DNA of 64,000 bases from contig CP154954.1 in the NCBI GenBank assembly GCA_039621445.1, positions 42,902,632 through 42,966,631 on the forward strand. The letters are read 5' to 3'. Below the pieces are notes generated by a model. The model was not told where the DNA came from and did not search any database. It saw only the letters and a program-made list of their open reading frames with translations. Made by a program: the position numbers and the translations under genes. Positions 1 to 12,988 of this stretch are shown one piece after another. Position 1 is the first letter of the stretch. Each line of letters opens with the position of its first letter. The DNA comes from Euglena gracilis. Lineage: Eukaryota.

Positions 1-149
1 TTTATTTCCATAATACGCAATAAAACGTCATTCTTTAAAAAAAAAAGCAAAACGAAAATGCAACTCCCCCAATGAAATGAAGCGGACAGGACACGCCGCG
101 ACGCGAACGTGGATCGGTTAACGTGGTGTTCGGCGAGGGACCCCCTGGG

Positions 150-3100
150 AGAGGTGCGGGTTCCGGGTCACGATGTGCACGTTGGGGTGGGCGCAGCAGA
201 GCGCCACCAGCAGCGGGTCCACCGTGTGCTGCCCGGCGAGGGGGTCCCCGCCAGACGTGCGCAGGCCGGCTGGGCCCGGGCGTTGGGGCAGCAGGTGGGG
301 GAGGCCACAAGAGGGCGAACCTTGGAGGTGATGCCGAAGGCGACGGAGGCACCACTGAAGAATGCGCACTCCCATAATCTTGCAACTGACCACAGTTTGC
401 GCAAAGTGTGGGGGGATGTGTCAAACCACCGATCCAAGACGTGACAACAAGCAGGGCAGTCATTTTGCAAAAGAAATTTTCCAATCCAATGAATCCAGGG
501 GAAATGGCCAAAAAAATAATATGGTCATAATATTGCCAAAAAAAAAAACGGTTCGACCCGGGAGGAAAAAAATGATTTCTGGCATCCTAGGACCATCCTC
601 CATCCACCCAAAACATAAAAAAAATAGCTTTCCACTTGGTTAGTTTTCGACCTTCTGGCCCTTGGGCCAACCCCCTTGGGGGGGGGGGGTCGGTGGTTGA
701 GTTTTTTCCCGTCCAAAAGGGAAAAAAATCCAGAAAGGAGGTTAAAAAAAACCGCCATTTTTTCAAACCCAAAACCGTCAATTTTTCTGGTGCTTTGAGC
801 CGAAAAAAATTGCATTTGTGACAAAAATTTACCTAAAATGGCCGACTTTGGGAGGAGAATTCTTCAGCCCGGAGCTCCGCACAAAACTGAAAATCTGGCC
901 AAACTTCTGAAAAGGTGTCCTCCGACCGGGGGTAGAGGTCATTGGGGGGGTGACGGCGGTCCTTAAGGGGTCCTTTACAAAAAAAGAATCTGTTCCCTCA
1001 AGGACCACCCTGACAACGAGGCAGTCGCCTGGTTCGCGTGGAGGCGACCGTGCGATCGAAGTCCAGGAAGACGGCCCCTGGGCGAAGTTGCTCCACCAGC
1101 TCCATCCTGGACAAGCCCCTGCAGTCCATCACCCCCCCCCCCAGGCATCGTATTAACCCTGGTGCGCTCGCCCTCCAGTGCCGGTGTCGGTGCCGCATGC
1201 TGCCGCTTGCCACATGGCGGAGGGAGGGGCTTGGGCACCAGCTCGCCGTCCCCACGCCACAGGGCGCAGGCCTCGCAGCTCCACAGGTCGCACACGAAGC
1301 ACTTGGCGGCGTGCGGGCAGAAGGCCCGGCGGTCGCAGCTGCTGCGGAAGGGGCATCCCCTGCGGGGCCCAGCACTGGCACGGCTCTCGGAAAGAAAAAG
1401 CGAAGGGCACGAGCGTGAGGGGGTGGCAGTTTTGCAATGTTTTTGAGTGAGGATCAGCCACTTGTAGCCTGACGGCGTGACCGTGAAGACAATATAAAGC
1501 AAGAACTGTGGGACCACAGCACCTGGATGATGTTAATCACGCATCAATTCGGGCAAACATCTTTCAACATCAAGAAAGGTTGGTTTCCTTCAAAACGTGG
1601 TTGCTGAGGTGAAAAACCAATCAAGCTGGAAGGAACACCTATGCAGCCACTGGTGGTCACGAACTGTACCAAAAACCTGGAGGCACACTGAACCAACCCT
1701 CCGCCAACATGAACACAGACCGATATTGGAGGAAGGAAAGAGGGGGATTTTGGCTGAGACCCGGTTGTCCCTCAGCTCGGGCGGTGGTCTCACACCGCAG
1801 GCACACGCCGCGGTTCACCCAAACCTTGTTGATGGGGCGGGCGCACACCGTGCACGGCGTGGAGCCGGAGAGGTGGCGCTGCGGCAGACATTGGTCGGGG
1901 GCACAGCCCTTTCCGATTTTGTGGTGCTATTTTTTTTGTGGTGGCAGGGTTGATCGATGTTCGGCCCAGCTTGGAGCGCTAGGCCGAACATCAGCCAACA
2001 CGCCATTCTTCACAGCAGCTGTTTTGCCTCTCCATCAAAAAAGGATGGAAGGGGGTGGGGCAGAGAAGCGCCGTGGGCACCGTGATCGCTGAAGGCGGCC
2101 ACCATATTGTCCCACAGCGGCGCCACCGCCTGCCGCACCTCTGCCAATAGCTGCGGCAGCTGGAAGTCCTGCGGCAGGAAATCCGCCGAGTGGTGACGGC
2201 CGAGGCCCGTCCGCCCGCTAACCCCAGTGTCGCAGCACCCTGAACGTTGGTGTTGACAGGCATGCACCCTTTGCTGGACTATGTGGTCCAGTTGCACTCC
2301 CGTTGCGGGTGTTTGATGCAAGCTCGAGATACGTACGTGCCTGGCGGGCCCCGGGGCTGGCGGGGCCGGGGTCACCGATGCGAAACGCAGGGCGGTGCGG
2401 GCCCTGCCCCGGGGAGCGCAGCGGCCGCTGGATGACGGCCAGCCAGCGGAGCACTTCGCGGGTCACGTCGGTGATGCCCTCCAGGGTGTGGAGGCAGCCA
2501 CCCCGCTCGCAGTGCTTAGCCAGTGCTTCGCCATCAAACACCACACAACCCATCCAGTTTGGTGTATGGGTTACTTGCACTGGGAGGGTCACCCTCCCCT
2601 TGGACAAAAAGAAACTGGGGGGCTTCAAAAAAAGGAAAAAGTTTTCACACCCACATGTTTCTTGAAAAATCGGCCAAAAACAAAAAATTGTCTTCCCTGC
2701 AGGGGATTTCTTAAGGACCCCCGCCCCCCGGGGGGTCCAGCCTCCGGCTGGCAAAAAGGCTGCTGGCTGGATTTGAGCTGGCTGGCTGGACCCCCCCCCC
2801 CGGGGGGGGGGGGGGGGGGGGGGGGGTGGGGGGTGGGGGGTCCGGGGCGGGAGGGGGCTGGGCTGGGCTGGGTCGGTGAAAAACAAGGATTTCTAAAACA
2901 TTTTTGCCTTCTCGACATTTTGATGGATGGAGCTAGATTAAGGCTGGGGGGCTGTGATGGGGGAAGCTGTGTGAGTGGAAAAAATGCAGGGATAGGTGAC
3001 CTGGGCAGCCCGTTTGGCTGGCCGGCCTGCGGTCGGCCGGTGCTCTGGCCTCCGGCCGGGCTGGACCCGACTTTATTTCACTCCACCCGGGGGGGGGGGG

Positions 3101-6100
3101 GGCTCCCAGCCCGAATTTGGGCTGCTGGCTGGATTTGAGCTGGCTGGCTGGCTGGACCCCCCCTGGGGGGTGGGGTACCCTCCGGCTTAAGAAATCCCCT
3201 GCTTCCCTGGCAGTAAGTGCCAAGGCTTTTTCTTCGTTCCGGGGGTCCCAAATCCCACCTCGGGTCTGAAGAGGGGGGGGTGCAAAAGCAACCCCCAAAG
3301 CAAAACCAACGTTCACTTGACACCCTGTCCGATTGTGTACAACCACTGAGGTCAACGGCAAACGGAGCCAAACCCCCAACCTGCAATCAGAGCCCAGGGG
3401 GCAAGTGGGTTTCAAACAAAAGAAATACATAAATTTGCGGTCAAGGACTGGGGCAGCCTTTTTTTTACCAACCCGGGTTGGCTTTGGACCCCAGTGCCTG
3501 CCGACCCAGGCAAATTTCCCTTAAAAATGGCCATTTTCGGGCCCCCAGCGCCTTGGGTCTAGGGGATCTACCCCCCCCAACCCCCCCAGGGTTGAAAGTT
3601 CACAGACAAAAGGGCCAGAAGCGAAAAACAGCGCCAGGCCAGAAGAAGGGATAAGGGGCACCAAATAAACAGCCACAGTGCAGGGGAAAGTGCCCTACTC
3701 CCCTGCCCGAAAATAGCACTCCCCCCCCGCTTAAAGGAAGGGCACTTCCTTTAAAAGAAGCCTAGACCGGGGGGAGTGCCCCACCTCTCAAACTGCAGTC
3801 AATGGCCGTGGGATGGTCGTTCGTCACATGAGTGGTCATAGGGCGAGAGGGGGATACAAACCAAAACGCCAAAGGCCAATGGTTGCGGCGACGGGTCTGC
3901 GGAGACGCTGGGCGGAGGTGCATGGCGTGGTGGATGCGGTCGCTCAGCACGCCCGGGGCCGGCTGGAACGCCCGCAGCGCAGTGAGGGCCGCCGGTAGCC
4001 GGGCCCCGACCCATTCCAGGCTGGCCTCCAGGCGGGCCACCAGGTCCACGATGCGGAGCACCTTTGGCAGCAGCGCCCGGCCCGGGGAACGCGCCGCACG
4101 GGACGCCTTGCTGACCCCGACCCCCGACTCACTAAGTGGGTCTTTGAGCTAAGCCCTCCCCCCCCCTGTGGGGGTTGGGCCAAGTGGTTGCCCCACCAGA
4201 GGCGGGGTTTTCCTCTATTTTTTTTGGGACCCTAGAATTGGCCCCCCCAAAAGGGCCCCCCAGTGCCCCCCCCCCCCCCCCAGGGGGTGGGTGGACAAGT
4301 CTGGACCCCCCCCCTCAGGGGATTAACGAAAAAAGGGGGAAACCTGTTACTATTATTAACTGTTATTTCCTCCCAGGAGGAAAGATCGAGCACTTTGCTG
4401 GGAGCGAATGAAAGTTTCCTCCGCCCTGAAAAAGCACCAATCAACACAGGGCAGGGATCCAGGCTCCAAATGAGCCACTGACCCCCCTCCCCGTAAAAAA
4501 AAGACACGCAGCCAAATGGCCTTCATCGCTACACACACTCTTTGCTTTCAAGCCATTGTGAAACGCCATCTGCAAACAGGCGTCCTTCGGCAGACAAATG
4601 CTTTTGTTTTGTTCCACAGGGAAGGGGAGGAAACCCTTGCGGTGAAATGCATCGCAAATCCCGGAGATAATCCGATGGGGTACCCGGCGGGATCCTCACA
4701 GCACGGCGCTGGGTGAGACCCCCCGGGCGATGAAGACCTTCTCGGTGTAGGCAAGGATGTGGGCTGCCGGAAGACGGAAGCCTGAGAACACCCACCCCGA
4801 AAGCTTCCCTGCCTTGGCGGGACTTGAGCTTTGAAGGGGGCGAGGATGGCGGCGGTGGTGTTGGGGGGCGGGCACCCCGTCCAGTATCGTGAGGAGGAGG
4901 AGGAGGAGGAGGAGGAGGAGGAGGAGGAGGAGGAGGAGGAGGAGGAGGAGGAGGAGGAGGAGGAGGAGGAGGAGGAGGAGGAGGAAGCTCCGTCGAGCTG
5001 CCACATAGACTTATTGGAGAAATGGGGCACAAAACAATGGGTCCAGTCAAAAAACACCAACCTGGTGGTTGGGATCATTGTCATCACCATCATCATCCTC
5101 CTCTTCCTCCTCTGACAGACTAAAATGGTGCCGAGGTTGGCAAAGAAGACAAAATCAAAATCAAATCCTGCAGATGACCCAGAACCTTAAATCTTCTTTG
5201 AGTACTGTTCTTTGACATCAACTTCTGAAAACACATCAATGATACCACAAATTTACAGAGGTGCAGGCAGAAAAAAATTTTTGATGGAAATCTGCTGGGA
5301 ACGATGCATTGTGCTATGCTGTGGCCACTTTGATACATGAGTGTGGAGCGTCCGCGGAGGTGTGATCCTGTGAGGGAATGATGCTTGGTGTCACACCATT
5401 GTTGGCCACGCCCAGTGAAGGGATGATCAATCGCCCGCCCCATAAACTGCGCGGTAAAGACGCGCGCATGCGCACATGCATTCACACACAGACAGACAAA
5501 CCCAGAGAGTATGCACACTGTATCTGGAAACCGTCAAGCAGTTGCGTTGGACCCAAAAAAGGGGTATCCTTCTGATCAAGAACGGCGTGATTGGAAGGGA
5601 GGTCGTGGCAACCGCACCACTCTCGCCCGTGTGGGACCGAATCCACGCTTCCGCCCGCTCCAGGGCTCGCGCGACGCCCAGGCTGTGGGGCAAAGCCACG
5701 GTCTGGCTCAACGAAGGCAGCAAAGACCGATCAAATGTGGGGCAAGGGGGGGGCCACCGGTCGACGCCAGCCCTTGGGCAGGGCACGCAAGGGCTCGGGG
5801 ACCGCTGGGTCCGCAGCTGCTGGGGGTGTACGAGGAGAGCCAGGGATGCGACTTACTGGGGGGGGGGGGGGTTGGCCCTTTCCATTAGAACAAAATTGGC
5901 CCTTTCCATTAGAACAAAAATCTGTCCCACCGCGTTCTGTGAAAAATCTGCAGGAATAATGAATGGAATAATGAATTGAAATTGGTCAACAACGGGAAAA
6001 TAACGATTTCTGGAGTCCCTGGAAAAAGCGTCCATCCGCCCAAAACACCAATGATGTCGACCGTTAGAGGCCCCAACCAGGCCGTTACCTGCTACTCAGA

Positions 6101-9100
6101 TCTACAGGCCATGTAAAGGTGTAAAGGCCAAAGAGAAAGGGTTCAACGGTCTTTAAAGGTCCTTAGTTAATTTAAAAAAAAAATCCCGTCCCCACCTGGC
6201 GTTGGGGGGGGGGGGTCGGATGCTACCCCCCCCAGAATGGAGGTGGTTGAACTCCCCCACCACTCAAAGGGGTTCGGGGATTCCATACAGCCCTGAAATG
6301 AGAGTGGTGCAGCTAGCCCACGAAGGACGACCTCTGAGCACATCCCTGGCCAGAGACGGGGTCACTTGCTTCGCGGTTTGATGCCGGGGGCACATACACT
6401 GCGTGGCTCTCGAATTCTGCTTCACCGTCTGAAGAAGGAAAAAAAGGTGACTGGTGGTTAAAGACAAATCCGCAGCATACGTGCTTGTAAGGCCGGGGAG
6501 TGCGGCGCTGCGCTCCACTCGGCCCGGGACCCACGAGCCCCCAGCATCCCCTTCGGGGTGCCTCGGGACGGAGCAGATCCACTTCGTGAACGTCCGGGCG
6601 TCCGTCACGGCCAGCAGCATCCCCTTCAGGCGGGAGAGGAGGCACGAGAGGTGGACGTACCGCTGGTGCTCGGGGGCCTCCGCCGGGGTGCGCAGCAGGT
6701 CCAGGGCGTTGCCTAAGGATCCTCCCTCCCTGTGGGGGTCCAGCTCGGAGGCTGAAAAATTTGGGATGGCTGGATAACGGCTGCTCGCTGACCCCCCTCC
6801 TGAGGGGTCCCGGGCGGGAGCTAGGCCCGGTCTGGGGTCAAACCGCATACTAAAAAAATCAAAATCACAAAAATGTCAAAAAAAACTGCCAACTGTGCAA
6901 AAAAAAAATCGATTTTTTGACCCCAAAAATGTCCTGGCTTTTTTTTTTGATTATTGCACCCATTGCATCCCCGAAAGGGAAAAATCGGTCACTGTCCAGC
7001 CGCCCCAAGAGCGGCTGGAAATTAATAAATCTCGATGATGGGGGGGTCCGGAGCTGGAAAACGGCTGTTGGCGGGAAAAAAGGCTGCTGGCTGGCTGGAT
7101 CCCCCCCCGGCGGTGTGGGGTCAAGTTTTCTCAAGCAACGCCCTGAGCAGGTCACAGTAGTGAAAGACGCACAGCCGTTTCAGCTGGCGTTCGACATTTG
7201 AGCAGAGGGCTTTGGTACCAGGCGGAGGCCACCCCCCCCAAAAAATTAAACACGACACTGAAATGGTGGGGGTAGGAAACTTTGCACCGTCAATGAGCAC
7301 CTTGAAGTATTTCAAGAGTTTGCCCAGCCCCGTCCAATGTGGAAACCTGACCTCACAATGTATCCTGCATGTTTCAGGCAGCAGCATTTTCCAGTGAGCA
7401 GCATCTTCCCAGCTGTGGACCACCACGTTTCTCCCCCTTGGATTTTGAATTGTAACTGAGAGGCATGAATTTACCTCTCTGGGCTGCAGCACCCCCGGCT
7501 CTGGCCAAACAATGACGAAGCACCCATGGTCATCCAGATTTCCAGACCCAGTCACGCTCAGTCACGCCAAGTCACGTTCGGTCACTCACAACCAGACCAG
7601 TCCTAACACAGAAAAAAAAGGGTCAAAATTGGTAAACGTGGAGGGGTGTCATTTATGACGGGGATGGGCAATGCCTCCCTGGCGGCAAACAACCACCCCA
7701 GGCACCATCAAATTCAGCCTCCAGTTTGAACCTGGCTCTCCAGTTTGAACCAGGAATGTTTCACATCAAAAATGCACATGTCAAATGAGATATACGTAAT
7801 GGAGTGGCCCAAAGGTCGGTGGCAGAAAGACACTGATGGAAACACAAAGCGACCTCTGGAAGGGCAGCCTCCTGAGCTGAGCGCAGGCTGCCCAGAAATG
7901 TTTCGACGGCAGCAACCTAAAGGTTGGGGGTCTGGGGTGGGGGTAGGTGGGGGCGGATTGGACTTGAGACATTCAAATCAGAGGATGGGTAGGGGGCAGG
8001 TTTGGAGCGTTGGCAGGACAGTGTGGGTTTCTGGGGGACCCCCCTTTACAGATGTCCATTTTTGGACCCCTTCCAATCCCCCCGAGATAGATGAAAACTT
8101 TGACACAACTAAGTGGCCATTTTAGGCCCCCCAAAAAGGCCTCAAAATTCTTCCGGCACCTTCCGTGCCAGTTCTTGGTCATTTTGGGGGGGTTTGCAAT
8201 ACAGTTGGGACACTGGGACCAGGCTTCTTTTTAAGTCAGGAGACCCCCCCTTGGGGGAGGGGGGTGGGGGTGGGGGTGTGGGTCCGGGCCGGACCCCCCC
8301 CGGGGGGGGGGGGTCCCGCGCCGGAGGCGCTGGGTATACCTTTTCGGCGCGGAGCGCCGAAAATTTTTGAAAATTGCCTTTAACGGGCCCGATTTTGGGG
8401 GGGGGGGGCCCCACCCCCCCCCCCCCCCCCCCGGGGGGGGGGGGGTCCCGCGCCCCCCTGGGGGGGTGGGGGGGGGACCCCCCCCCGGGGGGTCTTAAAA
8501 AGAAGCCTGACTGGGACGCTCCCCCCCATCCCAGCACAGTAAAGCAAATAGTGCTATTTTTAGAACTTTTTGGAACCTCGGGACCCCTCTCCCTCCCAAT
8601 GTTCCTTGGGGTTCACGGCCAGGTCACGGGGGGGGGGGGAGGGATCGGGAACCAATCCAGAACTAAATAAATAGGTATTCAAATTTTAAGCATCTCAAAA
8701 TATTAAAGAGATTTAGCAGCAAAACAAGAATCACCAACCCAAATTAAAAAGTTCAAGCATTAAACTTGGGAAATCCACCAAAAATTTTCATCAAATTCCA
8801 AATCACAAAATTGCAGATCACCAGAGAAAAAACTCAGAGAAAAAGGTTGCCAGGGCTGCTAGTTCAGGTTTCGGGGGACTCCAGTTTGGGGACCACCCGA
8901 ATGCGGAGGCCGTGTCTGCAGAAAGCATTACCTCTAGAACGTTCTACCTACAGGAGGTGAAGCCTGGTAAAGATGAGAAACATCTTCTTGAGCTGCACGA
9001 GCTCCTGCCGGACCATGAACGCCTCCGGTGGGGCCGCCTCCTTCTGGCGGCAGCCCCAAAAAGAAAGCCAAAGGGCATCGCACTGCCTCAGGGGTGCGAC

Positions 9101-9240
9101 AGTTTCAACACAGAAGGGGAGGGGGCGAAGGAGAAGGCGGAGCACGGCCAGCTGCCGGCAACGCTCCAGGATGCAGCCCACCACAGCGGCGGGCAGTGAA
9201 CCCTCGAGGTCACGCTGGGCCGCTTCGAGGGAGTAGAAGC
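150..9240 (-). CDS. Multi-exon hypothetical protein with a Cys-rich segment (CPHAAKCFVCDLWSCEAC) followed by a HAD-superfamily-like motif (VFLDFDRT); both ends unresolved
   Basis: GC-rich coding-like pieces at ~9135-9235, ~8969-9045, 7149-7213, ~6570-6696, ~5620-5700, ~3915-4075, ~2410-2520, ~2080-2190, 1237-~1360, 1035-1106 and ~150-256. In-frame joins across paired-end introns 6697-7148 (YCDL/LRTP), 1107-1236 (GDGELV/MELVEQ) and 257-1034 (ASTR/SGGDP). Other junctions are not resolved. Confidence 0.7.
257..1034 (-). other. Nonconventional (non-GT-AG) intron
   Basis: Minus strand AAC-CAGGC...GCCTG-CGCAC; CAG at +4, CTG at -8; removal gives in-frame DRTVASTRSGGDP. Confidence 0.8.
1107..1236 (-). 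other. Intermediate-type intron (GC-AG ends plus terminal stem)
   Basis: GCC-CAAGCCCCT...AGGGGCTTG-TCCAG; 9-bp stem at +4/-8; in-frame join RGDGELVMELVEQ. Confidence 0.8.
2700..3201. mobile_element. hAT-type MITE, 16-bp TIR, 8-bp TSD
   Basis: TIR CAGGGGATTTCTTAAG / CTTAAGAAATCCCCTG; TSD CTTCCCTG at 2692-2699 and 3202-3209. Confidence 0.9.
4891..4983. repeat. (GAG)31 microsatellite
   Basis: Pure GAG run. Confidence 0.95.
6697..7148 (-). other. Nonconventional intron with perfect 11-bp TIR and perfect 8-bp TSD
   Basis: Minus strand GACCTGCT[CAGGGCGTTGC...GCAACGCCCTG]GACCTGCT; removal gives HYCDLLRTP. Confidence 0.88.
8220..8509. mobile_element. hAT-type MITE (CAGGCTTCTTTTTAAG family), 8-bp TSD
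   Basis: 16-bp perfect TIR; TSD ACTGGGAC at 8212-8219 and 8510-8517. Confidence 0.9.
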
Positions 9241-11977
9241 CAGAGCATTGCAAGATGTTGGGGCAGGGAGTGCCAACTTCAGCGACCATGGCCTCCCCCC
9301 CCCTGCAGCTCAAAAACAAACTGCGAGCTGGGGAAATCGGTGAAATCTCTTGCAGTGTCCTTCTCAAGATGGGCCATGAGGACAAGTTTGAATGAGTGTG
9401 GCATAGACAATCGCTGGTTTTGGCCACTTTTTGTTTCATTGTGGCAACTTTTCCACCCATTTTTCTTTATTTGGGGTGGTTTTCACTCATTTTCTCCATA
9501 TTGGGTCATCATTCCATTTCTAGTATTTTGGGTCAATTTTGGAACACAAATATCTTTTTGATATCTTGCTTTTGTAGTCCTTTGGGCTTGACACAGACAC
9601 CTACAACATCCTTCAAAAAATCATTTTTTGCAAAAAAAGGACATTCTGCATTTTTTCACAAAGTCCTGCAAAATGCAACAAAATACTGCAAAATTGTGTT
9701 TTATTGTGATTGTTTATTGGAATACCTAATGACTAGGTAATGCAAAGGTATCGAGGAAGAGTGAAAAAATGGACGCCTTTTTGTAGCACGAATATTCACG
9801 AGCAATCACTAATAATCACAAAGTTTGTTGAAATACCATTTTTTCAATCACATTTCGCCCCAAATATGTTTGCATTTCATGTCAAATTGCGTGCATTTTG
9901 ATCTCAAAAGGTTTGCACTTGGCACCAATGCCTGCATGTTGTCTCAAAAATGTGTGCACACTCTACCAAAATACCATAGGGAACCGCAAGGGGGATCGGA
10001 GGGGGGGAGGCTGCCCCCCTGTGATTTTGGGGTGAAAAATTTTTCACCCCTGGACCCGCCCCCCCGAACCCTATTCTGAACTCAATTGGGCTTCCAATAT
10101 TCACAAAAAAATACACACTGACTAGGAAAATCTGCAATTCCAAAAAAAAATTCATCGGGAATAAAACACAATGGCTCTGATGATGAAAATAGACAAAGGT
10201 AGCACAGGAGAGAGGATGGCAGAGCAAAGGCCTCTCGCCATGCTTGTTTTCCTTAAATCAGAGGGACAATTTCAGTGATGAGATAAATTTTGATTCATAA
10301 ATACTCATAATTGTTTGTGGTTATTTGTGATTATATTTGCGATTATTCGTGATTATTCGTGATTTGGAGAACCCCAAAGTTTGTGCTGGTTCGTGATTAT
10401 TTGTGATTACTCTCACCCCCCCCCTCAAACTGGCCGCCCCTTAGGCACCTTGGACCCCCAAACGGTCAACCTCGAGGGGGGGGGGGGGCAATGTGGGGAG
10501 TACCATTTAACCATTTTTGACTGAAATAACCAATTTGGGGGGGATTCTTTTTCCAGACCGGATGGCCAATTGGGGGGGGGGGTGGAAAACCGGCCAACTT
10601 TGGAATGGTGAATTTCTGAAAACCGAGCGCCAATCTGGCCTGGGTTATCTCCCAAAACCCAAACGGTCAATCTGGGAGGGGGGGGGGTGAGAGCATACGT
10701 GGCATGGATTTGGGGAATCCCTGCACAAAAAAAAACACTGCCACACATATCTTTCAAAAATCCCGAATGTTTGGTAAAAAATGGAAAAATTTGGCACAAA
10801 AAACCAACAGGAAAAACACAAATTGATTTCTATCCCACAAAACATGGCTTCTTGATATCTTTGCTACTTCTGCAACTTCTTTGCAATTATTAAGCTTTGT
10901 CAAGGAGAAGGTTTTCATTCACTCCCTGAAAATGGGGCTCCACATCAAGAGGACATAGCCCAAGAATGCCTCTGCTGATGTGAGCTGCTTGGGCATGACT
11001 TATGAATTGTGTTGCATCTGCCCATGGCGGCCCTGCAAGAACATCCATTGTGATGTTCCCTGAGCAGGATCCAATACAATAAGACAGCATTGCAAACAAA
11101 AATGGCAGACGACTCTAAAACCCTAGCCTTCGTCTGGGACACAGTTCAATTAATGAGGAGGTGTAGGTTAACCCGAAAAAAGGTCGCCTTGTGGTATCTT
11201 GCAAGCACTTGTGTACAAACAATTGATAAAACATATTGACGGTCTTTGCCAATGAAAAAAAAAAGACGAAGAATAACAAAATTTTAGTGGTCGAATATTT
11301 GTCGACTCTTTGCTAGAATATTTTTGCAATATTCGAATGTTCGAATATTTTGAAGTAATCGAATATTCGTCGAATATTCGAATGTTCGAAGCAGCCTTAT
11401 GCGGGCCAGGCGGGGAGTTGCGGGGAAATCAAAATGCCGTTGAACAGGGCATTTTGAGGGCTTCAGTACCACCCCCCCCCCCTTATTGTCCCACCGACCT
11501 CCCCCCGGGAGGCCCGACCGGACAATATGGGGGGGGGTACCAAAGGAATTTCATTGGCCGAGCCAAAAAAACCCCCCGTCGGCCGGGGCCGAGGGACAAT
11601 ATGGGGGGGGGGGGGGACAAGGACTTTTTCTGTTGATTTTGTTTTATTTCCAAAATAGTTTGGAAACGTCGATTTTTTGACCCGAAAACAGCCAAAAGTG
11701 GCCCCAGAAATGGTCCAAAATTGGCTGAAAAATGGCCGTAACTCAGGCCGCACGAAGAGTTTGGGGAAAAGTAAATCATGGCTGGATAGGGCATTCAAAG
11801 GCTTCATTTTTGGTTGTGCAGGGCTTCATTTTTTTTTGATGATGGTGATACAGGGGGGGGGGTTGTTGATAAAAAGTCAACTAGTCGGTCGACTAACTTT
11901 TGAGTCGACCGACAAGTCGACCAATTTCACCCCCCCCCCATTTGGCTAATGGCCAGGCTCCTTTGGACCCCAATTAG

Positions 11978-12464
11978 CACGGGGAGGGAAATGCACTTGG
12001 CCCTTCAAATTATGCAAGTCAAAAAAAAATCCAAAAAAATGCAAAAAAAATGCAACTTGCATAAAACCCCTGAGAAAAGGCTAGAATACAGCAGAATTTT
12101 GTTGCCTAAAATCTGTAAACATGTGACAATGCCGGTGTGCCTGTCAATGATTCACAAAGAAGACCTCCTGGAAGACGACGGCAAGCACTGACGCTTTGAA
12201 AATCAACACGAATGGCACCTGCACGTTCAGTCTAAGCAAATCGTCCCTCCAGGTCACCATTGAACATCAGTAAAGCGGACATTTAGGACATTTACGAAAA
12301 TGGAGTGCATACCAGATGCTAGGAATGCAGCACAAAGGTCATTTTCTTGCATAAAAAATTTTTTTGCATAAATTTTTTCCAGGGCAAAAAAATTGCAAAT
12401 TTCAGAAAAACCTGATTATGCAAAAAAAATGCAAATTATGCAAGTTGCATTCCCCCCCCCCCTG
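11978..12464. mobile_element. MITE of the CAG(G)nAAATGC type, ~7-bp TSD
   Basis: Ends CACGGGGAGGGAAATGCA / TGCATTCCCCC...CTG; flanks CAATTAG / CAATCAG. Confidence 0.6.
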
Positions 12465-12629
12465 CAATCAGCCAATTATGGGGGGGGGGGGGCAAATGGG
12501 GGGGGTACCAAGACCATTACTAGGCTGACTCCCCCTGATTGACTTATGGACCGTCCTTTGGGACACCCAACTAGCTAATTAGGGGGGGGGCAATTAAGGG
12601 GGGTGAGGATAATGTAGTTTTGAAGGGTG

Positions 12630-12988
12630 TACCATGCCCCCCCCCCCCCGAGCTATTCCCGTCCCCGGGACCCTTTACGGCCCAATGGGAACAGTACGGG
12701 GGGGGAACAGCTCGGGGGGGGGGACCTAGTCCCCCCCCCGAGCTATTCCCATACCCGACCCTCGGGCAACCCAAAAGGGGGTCATTTTGGCAACTTTTTC
12801 TGGCTGGTCGCAAAAAATGGTCAAATTTAGGCACTTTTGCCAGAAATAAATTTTTGAAAACGTCCCAAAAACGTCGATTTTTGAGTACTTTTTTGGGAAG
12901 TTCTTTGTAAAAAGTGCTATGACAGTGAGCTATTCCCGTCCTCCCAATGGGAATAGCTGGGGGGGGACAGCTCGGGGGGGGGATGGTA
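12630..12988. mobile_element. TA-flanked MITE (pogo/Tc1-mariner type), TACCATG(C)n...(G)nATGGTA
   Basis: Inverted ends TACCATGCCCCC..GAGC / GCTCGGGG..GATGGTA; related ends near 16718, 26639, 32597, 32970-33080 and 36301-36374. Confidence 0.65.

Noticed and set aside
2190-2440. Apparent 7/8 TSD junction CCGTCATC/CCGTCACC on the minus strand
   Set aside because: Joining there shifts out of the protein-like frame (ADFLPQDFQL), so the junction is unresolved.
4831-5115. ORF with poly-Glu and hydrophobic tail
   Set aside because: Driven by the (GAG)31 microsatellite and lies antisense within an intron of the minus-strand gene.
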